From Candidatus Limnocylindria bacterium (GTDB taxonomy: Bacteria > Chloroflexota > Limnocylindria > P2-11E), in assembly GCA_036000705.1 (NCBI GenBank), contig DASYUY010000031.1, positions 394-64,393 on the forward strand: a stretch of DNA of 64,000 nt, in the 5' to 3' direction. The notes under the pieces were generated by a model that saw only the letters and a program-made list of their open reading frames with translations, was not told the DNA's origin and did not search any database. This document shows, one piece after another, positions 27,571 to 38,256 of the stretch; within the stretch, counting starts at the first letter, position 1; every line of letters begins with the position of its first letter. The translations under genes and the position numbers were made by a program.

Positions 27571-29004
27571 ATGGCGACGAAGGCGCCCACGCTCGCGGAT
27601 CGTCTGCGCGAGATCGTCCCCGCCGAGCAGGTCATCGACGATCCCGCGACGCTGCTCCCCTACGCGTACGACGCGTCCTTCTGGTCGCTCCGCCAGCAAC
27701 GCCTGCCCGATGTCGTCGTCGTGCCGCGTACGACGTCGGAGGTGGCGAGTGTGGTGCGCTTCGCCGACGCGACCGGCACCCCCGTCGTCCCGCGCGGCGC
27801 GGGGACGGGGCAGACCGGTGGCGCGATCGCCGCCCGTGGCGGGATCGTCATCTCCTTCGCACGGATGCGCGAGATCCTCGAGATCGACCGCCGAAACCTG
27901 CAGGTCGTCGCCGAGCCCGGGCTCGTCTTCGCCGATCTCCAGGACGCGCTGCGACCGCATGGCCTCTTTTTCCCGCCCGATCCGGGCAGCGGGCGCGCCT
28001 GCACCCTCGGCGGCATGGCGGCGAACAACGCCAGCGGTCCGCATGCGGTCCGTTGGGGAACGACGTCCGCGTACGTGCTCGGCGTTGAGGTCGTACTCGC
28101 GGACGGATCGGTCATCACGACCGGCGGCGTGCGCTCGAAGGCGCTGAAGTCGTCGAGCGGCATCGATCTCACGAAGCTCTTCGTCGGCTCGGAGGGAACG
28201 CTCGGCATCATCACTCGCCTACGCCTTCGCGTGCAGCCGCGACCGCCGGCACGTGGCGTCGTTCTGGCCGGCTACGCCGCGCTCGAGGACACCGTCGCCT
28301 CGCTCGACGATCTCTTCGCGGCCGGCATCCTGCCGTCGACTGCGGAGCTGCTGGATCGCAGCGCGGTCGATGCGCTCCAACGCTGGAAGCCGGAGCTCGG
28401 GCTGCCCGACGGCGAGGCGGTGCTCTTCATCGAGGTCGAGGGCACGCCGGACCAGGTCGCGTCCTCGGTGCGCTACGTCGACGGCATCGTGCGCCGGCGC
28501 GCGACGGTGACGAAGTTCGCCGAGGCCGAGGCGGACATCGCCCGGCTATGGGCGGCGCGCAGCGGCCTCGCGGCGGCCGCCGGGCTCGCGCATCCCGACA
28601 AGCACCGCATCTTCGCGGGCGAGGACCTGGCGGTGCCGCTGTCGGAGATCCCCCGCACGATCCGACGCGCGCGCGAGATCAGCGCCGAGCTCCACATCGC
28701 GGTGATCTTCTACGGCCACTTCGGCGACGGCAACGTGCACTCGGCGATCCTCATCGACCCGTCGGACGCCGATGAGGTCCGGCGCGCGGACGAGCTCGCC
28801 GACCGGCTCCACCGTCTCGCGATCGAGGTCGGTGGCACCGTCACGGGCGAACACGGCACCGGGGCGGTGCGTCAGCAGTACATGCGCGCGGAGCACGGTG
28901 ACGCGCTTGACCTCATGCGCCGAGTGAAGACCGCACTCGATCCCAAGGGCATCCTGAATCCGGGAAAGATCTATGGCCAGGGGAGCGACACGTCCCCGGG
29001 ATGA
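27571..29004 (+). CDS. FAD-linked oxidase, GlcD-like
   Basis: 'VVPRGAGTGQTGGAI' and 'GTVTGEHGTG'. Divergent from the GlcF-like gene. Confidence 0.85.
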   Translation: MATKAPTLADRLREIVPAEQVIDDPATLLPYAYDASFWSLRQQRLPDVVVVPRTTSEVASVVRFADATGTPVVPRGAGTGQTGGAIAARGGIVISFARMREILEIDRRNLQVVAEPGLVFADLQDALRPHGLFFPPDPGSGRACTLGGMAANNASGPHAVRWGTTSAYVLGVEVVLADGSVITTGGVRSKALKSSSGIDLTKLFVGSEGTLGIITRLRLRVQPRPPARGVVLAGYAALEDTVASLDDLFAAGILPSTAELLDRSAVDALQRWKPELGLPDGEAVLFIEVEGTPDQVASSVRYVDGIVRRRATVTKFAEAEADIARLWAARSGLAAAAGLAHPDKHRIFAGEDLAVPLSEIPRTIRRAREISAELHIAVIFYGHFGDGNVHSAILIDPSDADEVRRADELADRLHRLAIEVGGTVTGEHGTGAVRQQYMRAEHGDALDLMRRVKTALDPKGILNPGKIYGQGSDTSPG

Positions 29005-29052
29005 CGATGGCACGCACAGTCGCCCCGCACATCTCAGAGCTGGGCCGCTCGA

Positions 29053-29724
29053 CTAGAGCGTGCGCACGGCGAGCGGTCGCTCGCCCTTCGCGTCGACGTG
29101 GAACGCCCGTCCCTCGGCACGTGCGCTGACGACTTCGACGAGTCCCTCGTCGTCGTAGCGCGCCGCGACGCCATCTTCGAGCGCGATGCCCGGCGGCAGG
29201 CCGGCAGCGACCTCGCGCGCGTAGACAGGGCGGCGTGCGTCCTGTGAGTCGTAGTGGGGACACGCGGTGCCGGCGAGGAGCGCGAGACCATCACGCAGAG
29301 CGGTGAGCCGCGGCGTGAACGAGTCCGTGATGCCTCCTTCGAACCAACACAGACAGCCCGCGGACCAACCGCTCAGCACCGTGCCGCCCGCGTAGGCCGA
29401 GCGCAGCGCGCCGTCGACACCGTGCAGCCGCCAGATCGCGAGCATGTTCGCGGTGTTGCCGCCGCCCACGATGACGATGTCCTGAGCGCGCACCAGTGTG
29501 TCGATGTCGTCGACCACGCGATCGAAGAGTGCGAGATGGGTCGGCTCACAGTCGACCCCCGCGAACGCCTGATAGAAGGTGAGCAGGTACCCCGCGCCAT
29601 CGCCTGACGCAGTGCCCAGGAAGAGCACGCGTGGTCGCGCGCGGCGCGCGAGCCCGAGAACGTAGCTGGTGAGCGCCGGGTAAGAGAGCTGCTGGCCACC
29701 ACACGCGACGACCCGCCTCACCAT
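29053..29724 (-). CDS. peptidase S51 (peptidase E-like)
   Basis: 'IVIVGGGNTANML' and 'LSGWSAGCLCWFE'. Start taken at 'MVRRVVACGG'. Confidence 0.7.
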   Translation of the reverse strand: MVRRVVACGGQQLSYPALTSYVLGLARRARPRVLFLGTASGDGAGYLLTFYQAFAGVDCEPTHLALFDRVVDDIDTLVRAQDIVIVGGGNTANMLAIWRLHGVDGALRSAYAGGTVLSGWSAGCLCWFEGGITDSFTPRLTALRDGLALLAGTACPHYDSQDARRPVYAREVAAGLPPGIALEDGVAARYDDEGLVEVVSARAEGRAFHVDAKGERPLAVRTL

Positions 29725-29734
29725 CGGCCAGTCC

Positions 29735-30592
29735 CTAGCCCGGCCGTGTCGCACCGCGGGACACGATGAATGCGACGGCGGCGAGGATGGTGGCGGCCCC
29801 GATGAGCATCGGCGGTGTCACGAGCTCACTCAGGACGACCGCGCCGAGGAACACGGCGACGACCGGATTGACGTAGGCGTACGTGGACACGACCGAGACC
29901 GAAGTGTGCTGCAGCAGCCAGGTGTACGCGGAGAAGGCGACGAGCGACCCGAATACGACGAGGTAGGCCATCGCGAGCAGCGACGCCGTCGAGAAATTCG
30001 CCGGATCGGCGCCTGCGGGCTCGCCGACGGCCACAGCGATCACGGCGAGGAGGGCGCCGCCGGCGAGCATCTGCAACGCGGTCGACGCGAGCGGATCGCG
30101 CGGCGTGCGGAGGCGCGGCGACGCGAACGTCCCGAGAGCCCACGAGAGCGTCGCACCGACGACCGTGATCAGGCCGACCGGATCGACCTCGCCGCTGGCG
30201 CCGCGCGGGACGACGAGGATCGCGACGCCCGCGAAGCCCACCAGCACGCCGACGATCAGCGACGGGGCGACCCGGTCGCCTGCTACGAGCCGGAACAGCA
30301 CGATCCAGAGCGGGACCGACGCGACCACGAGTGCCGCCAGTCCGGATGGCACGGTGCGCTCCGCCAGCATGACGAGACCGTTGCCGCCGGCCAGGAGCAG
30401 CGCACCGACGAGAGCGGCGCCGCCGAGCTGTGCGCGGTCGATCCGCAGCGCGGCGCGACCGTGCCGCGCGATCAGCCACGCGCCCAGGATCACGCCCGCG
30501 AGAAGGAAACGGAGGCCGCCCGAAAGGAGCGGCGGGAGCGTCTGCACGGCGATCGCGATGGCGAGATACGTCGACCCCCACACGAGGTACAC
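29735..30592 (-). CDS. EamA/DMT family transporter
   Basis: About 10 TM. 'VWGSTYLAI' at the N-terminus. TM-like coding ('RVLLWSALGV') continues upstream of GTG 30592 with no canonical start. Confidence 0.75.
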   Translation of the reverse strand: MYLVWGSTYLAIAIAVQTLPPLLSGGLRFLLAGVILGAWLIARHGRAALRIDRAQLGGAALVGALLLAGGNGLVMLAERTVPSGLAALVVASVPLWIVLFRLVAGDRVAPSLIVGVLVGFAGVAILVVPRGASGEVDPVGLITVVGATLSWALGTFASPRLRTPRDPLASTALQMLAGGALLAVIAVAVGEPAGADPANFSTASLLAMAYLVVFGSLVAFSAYTWLLQHTSVSVVSTYAYVNPVVAVFLGAVVLSELVTPPMLIGAATILAAVAFIVSRGATRPG

Positions 30593-30629
30593 GACCCCGA
30601 GGGCGGACCAGAGAAGGACCCGCGATGAG

Positions 30630-31190
30630 CTAGCGGATATACCCGTAGTCGGCGAAGAGCAATCGGAGGAAGAGCGCGCCGCAGAGGAAGACGAACCCCA
30701 CGCGCTGCGAGAGGATCGCGCGCGGATTCTCCTTCCCGACGAGGGCGACCTGACCCCAGAAGAAGAGGACGAGCGTCAGCTCGGTCCACATGAACCAGGC
30801 GTGGTAATAACCCAGCGGCGTCCACTCGAACGGCTTGACCATCGTCCAGTTCAGGAGCGCGTTGACGGCCTGATAGAGATGCACGACGACGGTGATGACA
30901 GCGGCACCGAGCACGGCTCCGGCGACCTCGGCGAGGCGCGGACGCCGTCGCCAGGCCACGAGCTGGCTGGTGATGAACACGTTCGCGAGCGGGATGAGCA
31001 GGCCGTCGCCGACCACGGCGGAGGTGTAGGTGAGGGTCGTCCGGTACTCGCTGACGATGGGGTCGGCCGTCCAGTTCAGGTAGACGTTACCCGCGGCCTG
31101 GACGACGAACCCGAAGAAGACGGTCGCGCCGAAGACGGCCGCAAGCAGCACCCACGGGCGTTGTTCGGCGGCCGAGACCGTACGGAGCAT
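30630..31190 (-). CDS. membrane protein (hypothetical)
   Basis: 186-aa ORF with about 5 hydrophobic segments. Confidence 0.5.
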   Translation of the reverse strand: MLRTVSAAEQRPWVLLAAVFGATVFFGFVVQAAGNVYLNWTADPIVSEYRTTLTYTSAVVGDGLLIPLANVFITSQLVAWRRRPRLAEVAGAVLGAAVITVVVHLYQAVNALLNWTMVKPFEWTPLGYYHAWFMWTELTLVLFFWGQVALVGKENPRAILSQRVGFVFLCGALFLRLLFADYGYIR

Positions 31191-31236
31191 CTCCCCTCCA
31201 TGAACGCGATCGTCCCCGGCGCGAAACCCTAACAGA

Positions 31237-31845
31237 TTAGTGTTCTGGAGCCCCCAAAACGCCGGCTGTGTATGACCGGCGATCGACGCGCGGCAGCCGT
31301 CTCGCGGCCGCGCGCGGTATGAGCGCGGTGTGGCCGGCTTCCGCCAGCCACTCGACGACCGGCCAGAGATCGTCCTCGGCCGTCATCCAGCCGATCCTGT
31401 CGAACCGCGCGAGCGAGAGCGGTCTGGAGTAGGCGCGCAGGCTCCGGTCGCCGTCCCAGCTGTAGTAATCCTCGAAGTAGCTCATCACCAGCTCGCGGAT
31501 CGAGCGGTAGACCGGCGCGCGGAAGCGCAGGCCGGAGAACTTCGAGGTCGCGACCGAGCCCCAGAGTCCGCGGTCGCGATAGACCGCGAGCACGTGATCG
31601 TCGTCGTTCTCGGCCTCGAGGTCGACGAGCAGCGGCGGCCGTCCGTTGACGCGGAACGCGGCGGCCGCGAAGAATGCGCCCTCGGCGCAGTGGGCGGTGC
31701 GGTCGCGCATCACACGCCGCGGCGACCGCACGGTGTCGCCATCGGCCTCGACGTTGTACGTGAGATCGTCGAGATAACGCTGGACCTTGTCGGGCGTCGA
31801 GAGTCGCCGAAGGAGTCCGACCTCGGCGCGCGTCAGTCCGTACAC
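31237..31845 (-). CDS. hypothetical protein, transglutaminase-like Cys-His-Asp candidate
   Basis: The pattern 'RTAHCAEGAFFAAAAF ... DDDHVLAVY ... GLWGSV' resembles the transglutaminase-like cysteine peptidase core. Confidence 0.45.
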   Translation of the reverse strand: MYGLTRAEVGLLRRLSTPDKVQRYLDDLTYNVEADGDTVRSPRRVMRDRTAHCAEGAFFAAAAFRVNGRPPLLVDLEAENDDDHVLAVYRDRGLWGSVATSKFSGLRFRAPVYRSIRELVMSYFEDYYSWDGDRSLRAYSRPLSLARFDRIGWMTAEDDLWPVVEWLAEAGHTALIPRAAARRLPRVDRRSYTAGVLGAPEH

Positions 31846-31858
31846 CCTCGCCAGTCTC

Positions 31859-31864
31859 TAGCAT
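31859..31864 (+). promoter_or_regulatory. -10-like TAGCAT, 7 nt upstream of ATG 31872
   Basis: TANNNT at leaderless spacing. Confidence 0.3.
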
Positions 31865-31871
31865 TCCGGCG

Positions 31872-33491
31872 ATGCACGCGGGGCATGACGTCGTGATCCG
31901 CGGTGGAACCGTGTACGACGGCTCGGGTGCCGCGCCGTCCTCCGCCGACGTCGCGATCGATGGCGACCGGATCACCAGCGTCGGCACGGTCGGAGCGCGC
32001 GGACATGTCGAGATCGACGCCGGCGGACTCGCCGTCGCTCCGGGCTTCATCAACATGCTGAGCTGGGCGACGACATCGCTCATCGCGGACGGTCGGTCGC
32101 AGAGCGACATCCGGCAAGGCGTGACCCTCGAGGTCTTCGGCGAGGGTTGGTCTCTCGGTCCGGTCAACGACGCGATGCGACGCGAACAGACCGAGCAGCA
32201 GGGCGACATCACGTACGACATCACGTGGACGACGCTGGCCGAGGCGCTCGACACGATCGCCGGGCGCGGGATCTCGCCGAACATCGCGTCGTTCGTCGGC
32301 GCCGCGAGCGTCCGCATCCACGAGCTCGCGCACGAGGACCGGCGGCCATCGCCCACGGAGCTCGAGCGCATGCGTGGGCTCGTCGACGCCGCGATGCGCG
32401 ACGGGGCGCTGGGGCTCGGCTCCGCGCTCATCTACGCGCCGGCGACGTACGCGAACACCGACGAGCTCGTCGCGCTCGCGGACGTCGCGGGACGGCGGGG
32501 CGGCATGTACATCTCGCACCTGCGCAGCGAGGGCAATCGTCTCCTCGAAGCGGTCGACGAGGTCGTCGAGATCGCGCGCCGCGCGAAGCTGCCGGCCGAG
32601 ATCTACCACCTGAAGCAGGCGGGCCGCGCGAACTGGACCAAGCTCGACGAGGTCATCGATCGCGTGAAGCGCGCTCGCGCGGACGGCCTCGCGATCACCG
32701 CGGACATGTACCCGTACGAGGCCGGCGCCACGGGACTCAGCGCCTGCTTCCCACCGTGGGCGCACGAGGGCGGGCTTCGCGCGACGCTCGCACGCCTGCG
32801 CGACCCGAGCCAGCGCGCGCGTATCCGCGACGAGATGGCGCGCCCCGGCACCGACTGGGAGAACCTGTACGAAGCGGCGGGCACGCCGGAGGGCATCGTC
32901 CTCGTGTCGTTCAAGAACGAGCGCCTCAAGCCGCTCACCGGACGGACCCTCGGCCAGGTCGCCGCCCAGCGTGCCGTGGATCCGCGGGACGCGGCGATGG
33001 ACCTGGTGCTGGAGGACGAGAGCCGCGTCGGCATGGTCATCTTCATGGCCGCGGCGGATAACCTGCGACGTGAGGTCGCCCTCCCCTGGATGAGCTTCGG
33101 GTCGGACGCCGGCTCGATCGCGCCCGAAGGCGTCTTCCTGCTGTCGCAGCCGCATCCGCGCACGTACGGGACGTTCGCGCGCGTGCTCGGCACGTTCGTG
33201 CGCGACGAGCATGCCGCGCCCCTCGAGGACGTCATCCACCGCATGACGGGTTTCCCGGCGGCGAATCTGAAGCTCGACCGCCGCGGACAGCTTCGCCCGG
33301 GGTTTTTCGCGGACGTCGTCGCGTTCGATCGGGCCGCCGTCCAGGACCACGCGACCTACACCGAGCCGCATCGCTACGCGACGGGTGTTGCCCACGTGCT
33401 CGTCAATGGAATTCAGGTGCTGCGGGACGGCGATCACACCGGCGCCCGCCCGGGCCGCGTCGTCTTCGGCCCCGCCCGCCGCGACGACTAG
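31872..33491 (+). CDS. N-acyl-D-amino-acid deacylase (D-aminoacylase) family amidohydrolase
   Basis: 'VIRGGTVYDGSGAAP...DVAIDGDRI', 'GFINMLSW', 'ADVVAFD'. Confidence 0.85.
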   Translation: MHAGHDVVIRGGTVYDGSGAAPSSADVAIDGDRITSVGTVGARGHVEIDAGGLAVAPGFINMLSWATTSLIADGRSQSDIRQGVTLEVFGEGWSLGPVNDAMRREQTEQQGDITYDITWTTLAEALDTIAGRGISPNIASFVGAASVRIHELAHEDRRPSPTELERMRGLVDAAMRDGALGLGSALIYAPATYANTDELVALADVAGRRGGMYISHLRSEGNRLLEAVDEVVEIARRAKLPAEIYHLKQAGRANWTKLDEVIDRVKRARADGLAITADMYPYEAGATGLSACFPPWAHEGGLRATLARLRDPSQRARIRDEMARPGTDWENLYEAAGTPEGIVLVSFKNERLKPLTGRTLGQVAAQRAVDPRDAAMDLVLEDESRVGMVIFMAAADNLRREVALPWMSFGSDAGSIAPEGVFLLSQPHPRTYGTFARVLGTFVRDEHAAPLEDVIHRMTGFPAANLKLDRRGQLRPGFFADVVAFDRAAVQDHATYTEPHRYATGVAHVLVNGIQVLRDGDHTGARPGRVVFGPARRDD

Positions 33492-33501
33492 TCTCGAAGC
33501 G

Positions 33502-34428
33502 ATGCCGGTGGATCCGCGGATCGTCGAGCTGCTGGCGGAGGCCGAGCGGACCGACCCGCGCCCGCTCGAGACGCTCAGCGTCGCGGAGGCGCGCGCTCGG
33601 GGCGGCTCGGTCAACATCGCTCCCGCGCTCCCTCTCGAGCCCGTCGCCGACGTCCGGGACCTCATCATCGACACGCTGCCGCCGATCGCGGCGCGACTGT
33701 ATCGGCCGCGCGGCGGAACGCGTCCACTGCTCGTGTACTTCCACGGCGGCGGCTGGGTCGTCGGCAGCGTCGCGATCTCGGATCCGTTCTGTCGCGCGAT
33801 CGCGAACAGCAGCGGCTGCGCCGTCCTATCGGTCGAGTACCGTCTCGCGCCCGAGGACCGCTATCCGGCGGCCGCGGACGACGCGTATGCCGCGACGCGC
33901 TGGTCCGCCGATCACGCGACGGACCTCGGGATCGACCCGACACGGGTCGCGGTGGGCGGGTCGAGCGCCGGCGGCAACCTGGCGGCGGTCGTCACGCTCA
34001 TGGCGCGGGAGCGCCGCGCGCCGAAGATCGCGTTCCAGCTGCTCCACGTGCCGGTCACCGACCACGACTTCGAGACGCTCTCGTATCGCGCGAACGCGAC
34101 CGGATACGGGCTGACGCGGAACGGCATGCGGTGGTTCTGGGATCACTACGCTCCCGATCCGAAGCTACGCAGCGAGCCGTACGCGTCACCCCTCCGCGCG
34201 AGGGACCTCTCGGGCCTTCCGCGCGCGCACGTCGTGACCGCGGAGTGCGACCCGCTTCGCGACGAGGGCAAGGCCTACGCGGCACGCCTGATCGAGGCCG
34301 GAGTGCCGACGACGTACGTCGAGTATCCCGGCATGGTGCACGGCTTCACCGGGATGGCGGTGACGATCCCGATGGGTCGCACCGCGATCGACGACATGGG
34401 CGCCGCGCTGCGCATCGCGCTCGCCTGA
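33502..34428 (+). CDS. alpha/beta hydrolase, HSL-type esterase/lipase
   Basis: 'YFHGGGWVVGS', 'GGSSAGGNLA', 'GMVHGF'. Start at 'MPVDPRI'. Confidence 0.85.
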   Translation: MPVDPRIVELLAEAERTDPRPLETLSVAEARARGGSVNIAPALPLEPVADVRDLIIDTLPPIAARLYRPRGGTRPLLVYFHGGGWVVGSVAISDPFCRAIANSSGCAVLSVEYRLAPEDRYPAAADDAYAATRWSADHATDLGIDPTRVAVGGSSAGGNLAAVVTLMARERRAPKIAFQLLHVPVTDHDFETLSYRANATGYGLTRNGMRWFWDHYAPDPKLRSEPYASPLRARDLSGLPRAHVVTAECDPLRDEGKAYAARLIEAGVPTTYVEYPGMVHGFTGMAVTIPMGRTAIDDMGAALRIALA

Positions 34429-34429
34429 C

Positions 34430-36028
34430 TCAGGCGCGCGCCGGCGCGGCCTTTCCCGCGATGACATCCGCGAGCGTCAGGCCGAGATCCTCCAGCATCA
34501 CCTGGGCGCAGTTGCGGCCCGGCGCGCCGGTGACCGAGGCGCCAGGATGCGTCGTCGCCCCCGTTTGGTACAGGCCGGCGATCGGCAGTCGGTAGCCGGA
34601 CCACCCCGGCATCGGACGCAGCGCGCCTTCGTGCGCGAGGTCCTGCTCGCCGCCGTGACAGGAGCCACGGTAGTTGTGCGGGTTGCGGCGCTCGAGATCG
34701 ACCGGGCTTTCGATGTGCCGCGCCAGGATGTCGCGCCGCGAGAGGCCGGTCGTGTGCCGCAGGTAGTGCTCGAGCAGCGCATCGGAGACGTCGTTCTTGA
34801 TCGCGTCCCAGCGCGCGGGGCCGCCGTCGCGGAGCTCGTACGGCAGGAAGCCGACGACCTTGAGCGTGTGCCGCCCCGCCGGCGCGCGGGTCGCATCCAC
34901 GACCGACGAGGCGATGCACAGAAGCGGGGGGCGCTCGAGGTGGATCTCGCCGCGCTCGAACGCGGCGAGCGCCGCGAGGAGATCCTCGGTGGACTCGCAG
35001 ATGCCCGCGGCCACCGACGCGGTCGCGCCGGCGTCAAGGGCGTACTGCGGCACCGCCGCGAGCGCGTAGTGCGTCACGAACATCGTCACCCCGGCGCGCC
35101 AGCGCTCCAGGCCACGCAGGAAGTCCTCGCCGAGCGCATCGGCGCCGACGATCGCCGGCAGGTGCTTGACATGGATCGTCGACACGACCGCGCGCCGCGC
35201 GCGATGCTCGGAGCCGTCGGCGGTGACGACGCCCACGGCGCGCCCGCCCTCGATGAGGATCCGCGTCACTTCCGCCCCGGCGCGGACCTCACCGCCGTGC
35301 TCGACGACGATCCGCGCGAGCGCGTCGGGCAGCGCGACCGACCCGCCCTGTGCCGTCGTCCAGGAGAACGCTTGGCGCCCGGCCGCGATCGAGAGCGGCA
35401 GCAGACCCGTCCCGGGCTGATCGACGCGCGCCATGGTCATGAGCGAGAGCCACAGGAAGAACGTGCGGACGTGCTCGTCCTCGAAGCGCTCGCGGACCGT
35501 GTCGAGCGCGCTCGAGTACCGCCAGCGCACGGCCTCGACGCCCGGAGTCGTCGCTTCGAGGTCCAGGGTCGCGTTGCTCGGTGTCGTCGCGGGGCTGTAG
35601 CGCGCGCGGTTCTGCGATTCCTTGATCGCGTCCCAGTCGTCGAGCATCCGCTGGTACGCGCGCGCATCGCGCGCCGAGAACCGCGCGATCGCGCGCACGG
35701 TCGCCGCACGGTCGCGATACATCGCGATGCCCCCGCCACCAGTGAACGGCATGACCACCACCGGATCCGGGAAGAGATAGCGGAGTCCGTAGCGGCCGAG
35801 CTGAAGCTCGTCGCTCCGGATGATCGGACTCGATTGGAAGATCGTGTGCGCGGACGCGCAGAGGTCGTGGCGGAATCCGGGCAGCGTGACCTCTTCGGTC
35901 GAGGTGTCTCCTCCGATGCGCGATGCGCGCTCGAGGACGAGAACGCGCATGCCAGCGCGCGCGAGATAGGCCGCGGTGACCAGGCTGTTGTGGCCCGCGC
36001 CGGCGACGACGACGTCGGCGTCGCTCAC
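34430..36028 (-). CDS. FAD/NAD(P)-dependent oxidoreductase, phytoene-desaturase (CrtI) family
   Basis: 'VVVAGAGHNSLVTAAYLARAGMRVLVLE' Rossmann fold. C-terminal 'GLYQTGATTHPG'. Confidence 0.8.
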   Translation of the reverse strand: MSDADVVVAGAGHNSLVTAAYLARAGMRVLVLERASRIGGDTSTEEVTLPGFRHDLCASAHTIFQSSPIIRSDELQLGRYGLRYLFPDPVVVMPFTGGGGIAMYRDRAATVRAIARFSARDARAYQRMLDDWDAIKESQNRARYSPATTPSNATLDLEATTPGVEAVRWRYSSALDTVRERFEDEHVRTFFLWLSLMTMARVDQPGTGLLPLSIAAGRQAFSWTTAQGGSVALPDALARIVVEHGGEVRAGAEVTRILIEGGRAVGVVTADGSEHRARRAVVSTIHVKHLPAIVGADALGEDFLRGLERWRAGVTMFVTHYALAAVPQYALDAGATASVAAGICESTEDLLAALAAFERGEIHLERPPLLCIASSVVDATRAPAGRHTLKVVGFLPYELRDGGPARWDAIKNDVSDALLEHYLRHTTGLSRRDILARHIESPVDLERRNPHNYRGSCHGGEQDLAHEGALRPMPGWSGYRLPIAGLYQTGATTHPGASVTGAPGRNCAQVMLEDLGLTLADVIAGKAAPARA

Positions 36029-37089
36029 CCGAGGCGCTCGCGCATCCAGTCCGCCATGGCCGGCCGGTACTTGTAGGGGATGTTGTTGCAGACGTGGTTG
36101 CCTTCCGGATACAGGAGAAGCGTGCCGTTCGGAGCTTCGCGGACGATGCGCTCCGCCTGCTCGGGCGGGAACAGACGGTCCTTGCCGCCGTGGACCACGA
36201 GGAGGGGGCAGCTGACGTCGGGGAGCACCCCACGCAGGGTGAGGGTCTTCGATCGCTCGAATGCCTCGGCTTCGTCACGCGACTTCGTGTAGAAGACGTA
36301 GCCGGCCCTCGTGAGCGGATTCAGCTGCGCCCAGCACTCCGAGAGGTCGAAGGGGCCCGCGAGCGCGACGAGCGCGCGAAGCCGCTTCTCCTTCGCCGCC
36401 GCGCGCGGTCCGTAGATCCCGCCCATGCTGACGCCCACGAGACCGACGCGGTCCAGGCGCACGCCATGGTCGCGCGACGCGAGGTGATCGAGCAGTGGCG
36501 TGATGACCGTCGACCAGTCGGCGCGGATCGCGAATCGCGGCGCGCTCTCACCCTGCCCCGGACCGTCGATGCTGAGCGTCGCCATCCCGCGCCGGAGGAA
36601 TTCGTTCTCGATCGCGAAGAGCTCCTCTTTCACCGAGTCGAGCCCGGGCACGAGAATGACGAGCGGCGCGGCCTCCCCGTCGGGTCGGCGCAGGATGCCC
36701 GGGATGACCGACCCTTCGAACGGCGCTTCGACGCGCGCGCCGGCCGGGCTCAGGCCGCGTAGCGCGTTCGCGTAGGTGTCGACGGTCAGCTGGCGTAGCA
36801 GGTCGTGGAGCGCGGCGTCCTCGAACCAGAGGAACTTGCCGAGGTGGTACGACCACGCGGCACGCTGGAACGCGTCGGTTGCCGTGACGAGGCGGCCGCT
36901 CCGCTGCGCGTCCTCCGCGATCGCTCGATGCTGGTCCCCCACCCGCTGCCAATGTGGCGCCCAGTCGCGCCACTCCGTGGTCTCGGAGAGCACGCGCTCG
37001 AAGTCGTTGGCGTCGATCCCGTTCGCGACGAAGCGCGGCTTCCAGTGGCTCGCGGCGAGCCGGACGCGGTCCGCGGTCTCGGTCGCCAT
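36025..37089 (-). CDS. alpha/beta hydrolase resembling the 2,6-dihydropseudooxynicotine (C-C bond) hydrolase family
   Basis: 'LVILVPGLDSVKEE', 'GVSMGG', helical N-terminal cap. The family assignment is from recall. Confidence 0.65.
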   Translation of the reverse strand: MATETADRVRLAASHWKPRFVANGIDANDFERVLSETTEWRDWAPHWQRVGDQHRAIAEDAQRSGRLVTATDAFQRAAWSYHLGKFLWFEDAALHDLLRQLTVDTYANALRGLSPAGARVEAPFEGSVIPGILRRPDGEAAPLVILVPGLDSVKEELFAIENEFLRRGMATLSIDGPGQGESAPRFAIRADWSTVITPLLDHLASRDHGVRLDRVGLVGVSMGGIYGPRAAAKEKRLRALVALAGPFDLSECWAQLNPLTRAGYVFYTKSRDEAEAFERSKTLTLRGVLPDVSCPLLVVHGGKDRLFPPEQAERIVREAPNGTLLLYPEGNHVCNNIPYKYRPAMADWMRERLG

Positions 37090-38237
37090 CAGCTCTCCAG
37101 TTGCTTCGCGACGTCGGCCAGGAACTGCGCGGCGTCGGCGCCATCCGCGACCCGGTGGTCGACGCTGAGGGTGAGCGAAACGACCGGACCGACCGCGGGC
37201 GCGCCGTTCGCGACGGTCACGCGATCCGCGACGCGACCCACCGCGAGGATCGCCGCCTCCGGCGGATTCACGATCGCCGTGAAGCGGTCGACGCCGAACG
37301 TGCCCAGGTTGGACACCGTGAGCGTCGCCCCGCCGAACGCGCCCGCAGGCACATGGCCCGACCGCGCGGCCGCCTCGAGCGCCTCTCGCTCGTCGCGCAG
37401 GGTCGCCAGATCCTTGCGGTCGGCCTCGCGCACGACCGGCACGATGAGCCCGGCATCGAGCGCGACGGCGATGCCGATGTCGGCACGATCCGACTCGATC
37501 ACCGCGTCGCCATCGAACCGTGAGCGCAGGCGCGGGTGGCCGCGAAGCGCCCTCGCCGCCGCCGCGACGATCACGTCGGTGTACGACACGCCCGCGGCCT
37601 TGCGCCGGGCGTTGGCCGCGGTCATGTCGACATCGCGCGAGATCGAGAACTGCGGCGCCTCGCGCGCGCTGCGTGTCATCGCCTCGGCGACGGCGCGCCG
37701 CATACGCGTGAGTGGGACGCGTGTCTCGCCCAAAGCCGCGGCCGACTCCGCGGTCGGAGACGACGCGGCGGCGTCGACGTCGTCGAGGCCGATGCGTCCG
37801 CCCGGGCCGGTGCCGCGCACCACGTTGATGTCGACGCCCAGTTCTTGCGCACGCTTGCGAGCCGCGGGCGACGAGCGCACGCGCTCGCCGTCGGACGGCA
37901 AGACCGGCGCGGCAGGCTGCGTGAGACCGGCGGCTGATCGAACGGCGTCCGCGCGGGCCGCTACCGGCTCGGCGACGCTCGGCAGCGGCTCGTCCGCCGT
38001 GTCCGAGATGAGCGCGATCACCGTGGTCACCGGGGCGGTCGCGTTCGCCGGCACGAGGATCCGTCGCAGGATGCCTCCAGCCGACGCCTCGATCTCCATG
38101 TTCGCTTTGTCCGTCTCGACTTCGAAGAGGACGTCGCCCTTGGCGACGCGGTCACCTTCCTTCTTGTGCCAGGCGATGAGCCGCCCTTCATCCATCGTGA
38201 GTCCGAGCTTGGGGAGGATGACGCGGGTGACGCTCAC
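37089..38237 (-). CDS. 2-oxoacid/acetoin dehydrogenase E2 (dihydrolipoamide acyltransferase)
   Basis: GTG 38237. 'EVETDKANMEIEA', PSBD 'SPAARKRAQELGVDINVVRGTGPGGRI', 'LSVDHRVADGA'. Confidence 0.85.
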   Translation of the reverse strand: MSVTRVILPKLGLTMDEGRLIAWHKKEGDRVAKGDVLFEVETDKANMEIEASAGGILRRILVPANATAPVTTVIALISDTADEPLPSVAEPVAARADAVRSAAGLTQPAAPVLPSDGERVRSSPAARKRAQELGVDINVVRGTGPGGRIGLDDVDAAASSPTAESAAALGETRVPLTRMRRAVAEAMTRSAREAPQFSISRDVDMTAANARRKAAGVSYTDVIVAAAARALRGHPRLRSRFDGDAVIESDRADIGIAVALDAGLIVPVVREADRKDLATLRDEREALEAAARSGHVPAGAFGGATLTVSNLGTFGVDRFTAIVNPPEAAILAVGRVADRVTVANGAPAVGPVVSLTLSVDHRVADGADAAQFLADVAKQLES

Positions 38238-38256
38238 GCTCGCATCCCTGCCTCCA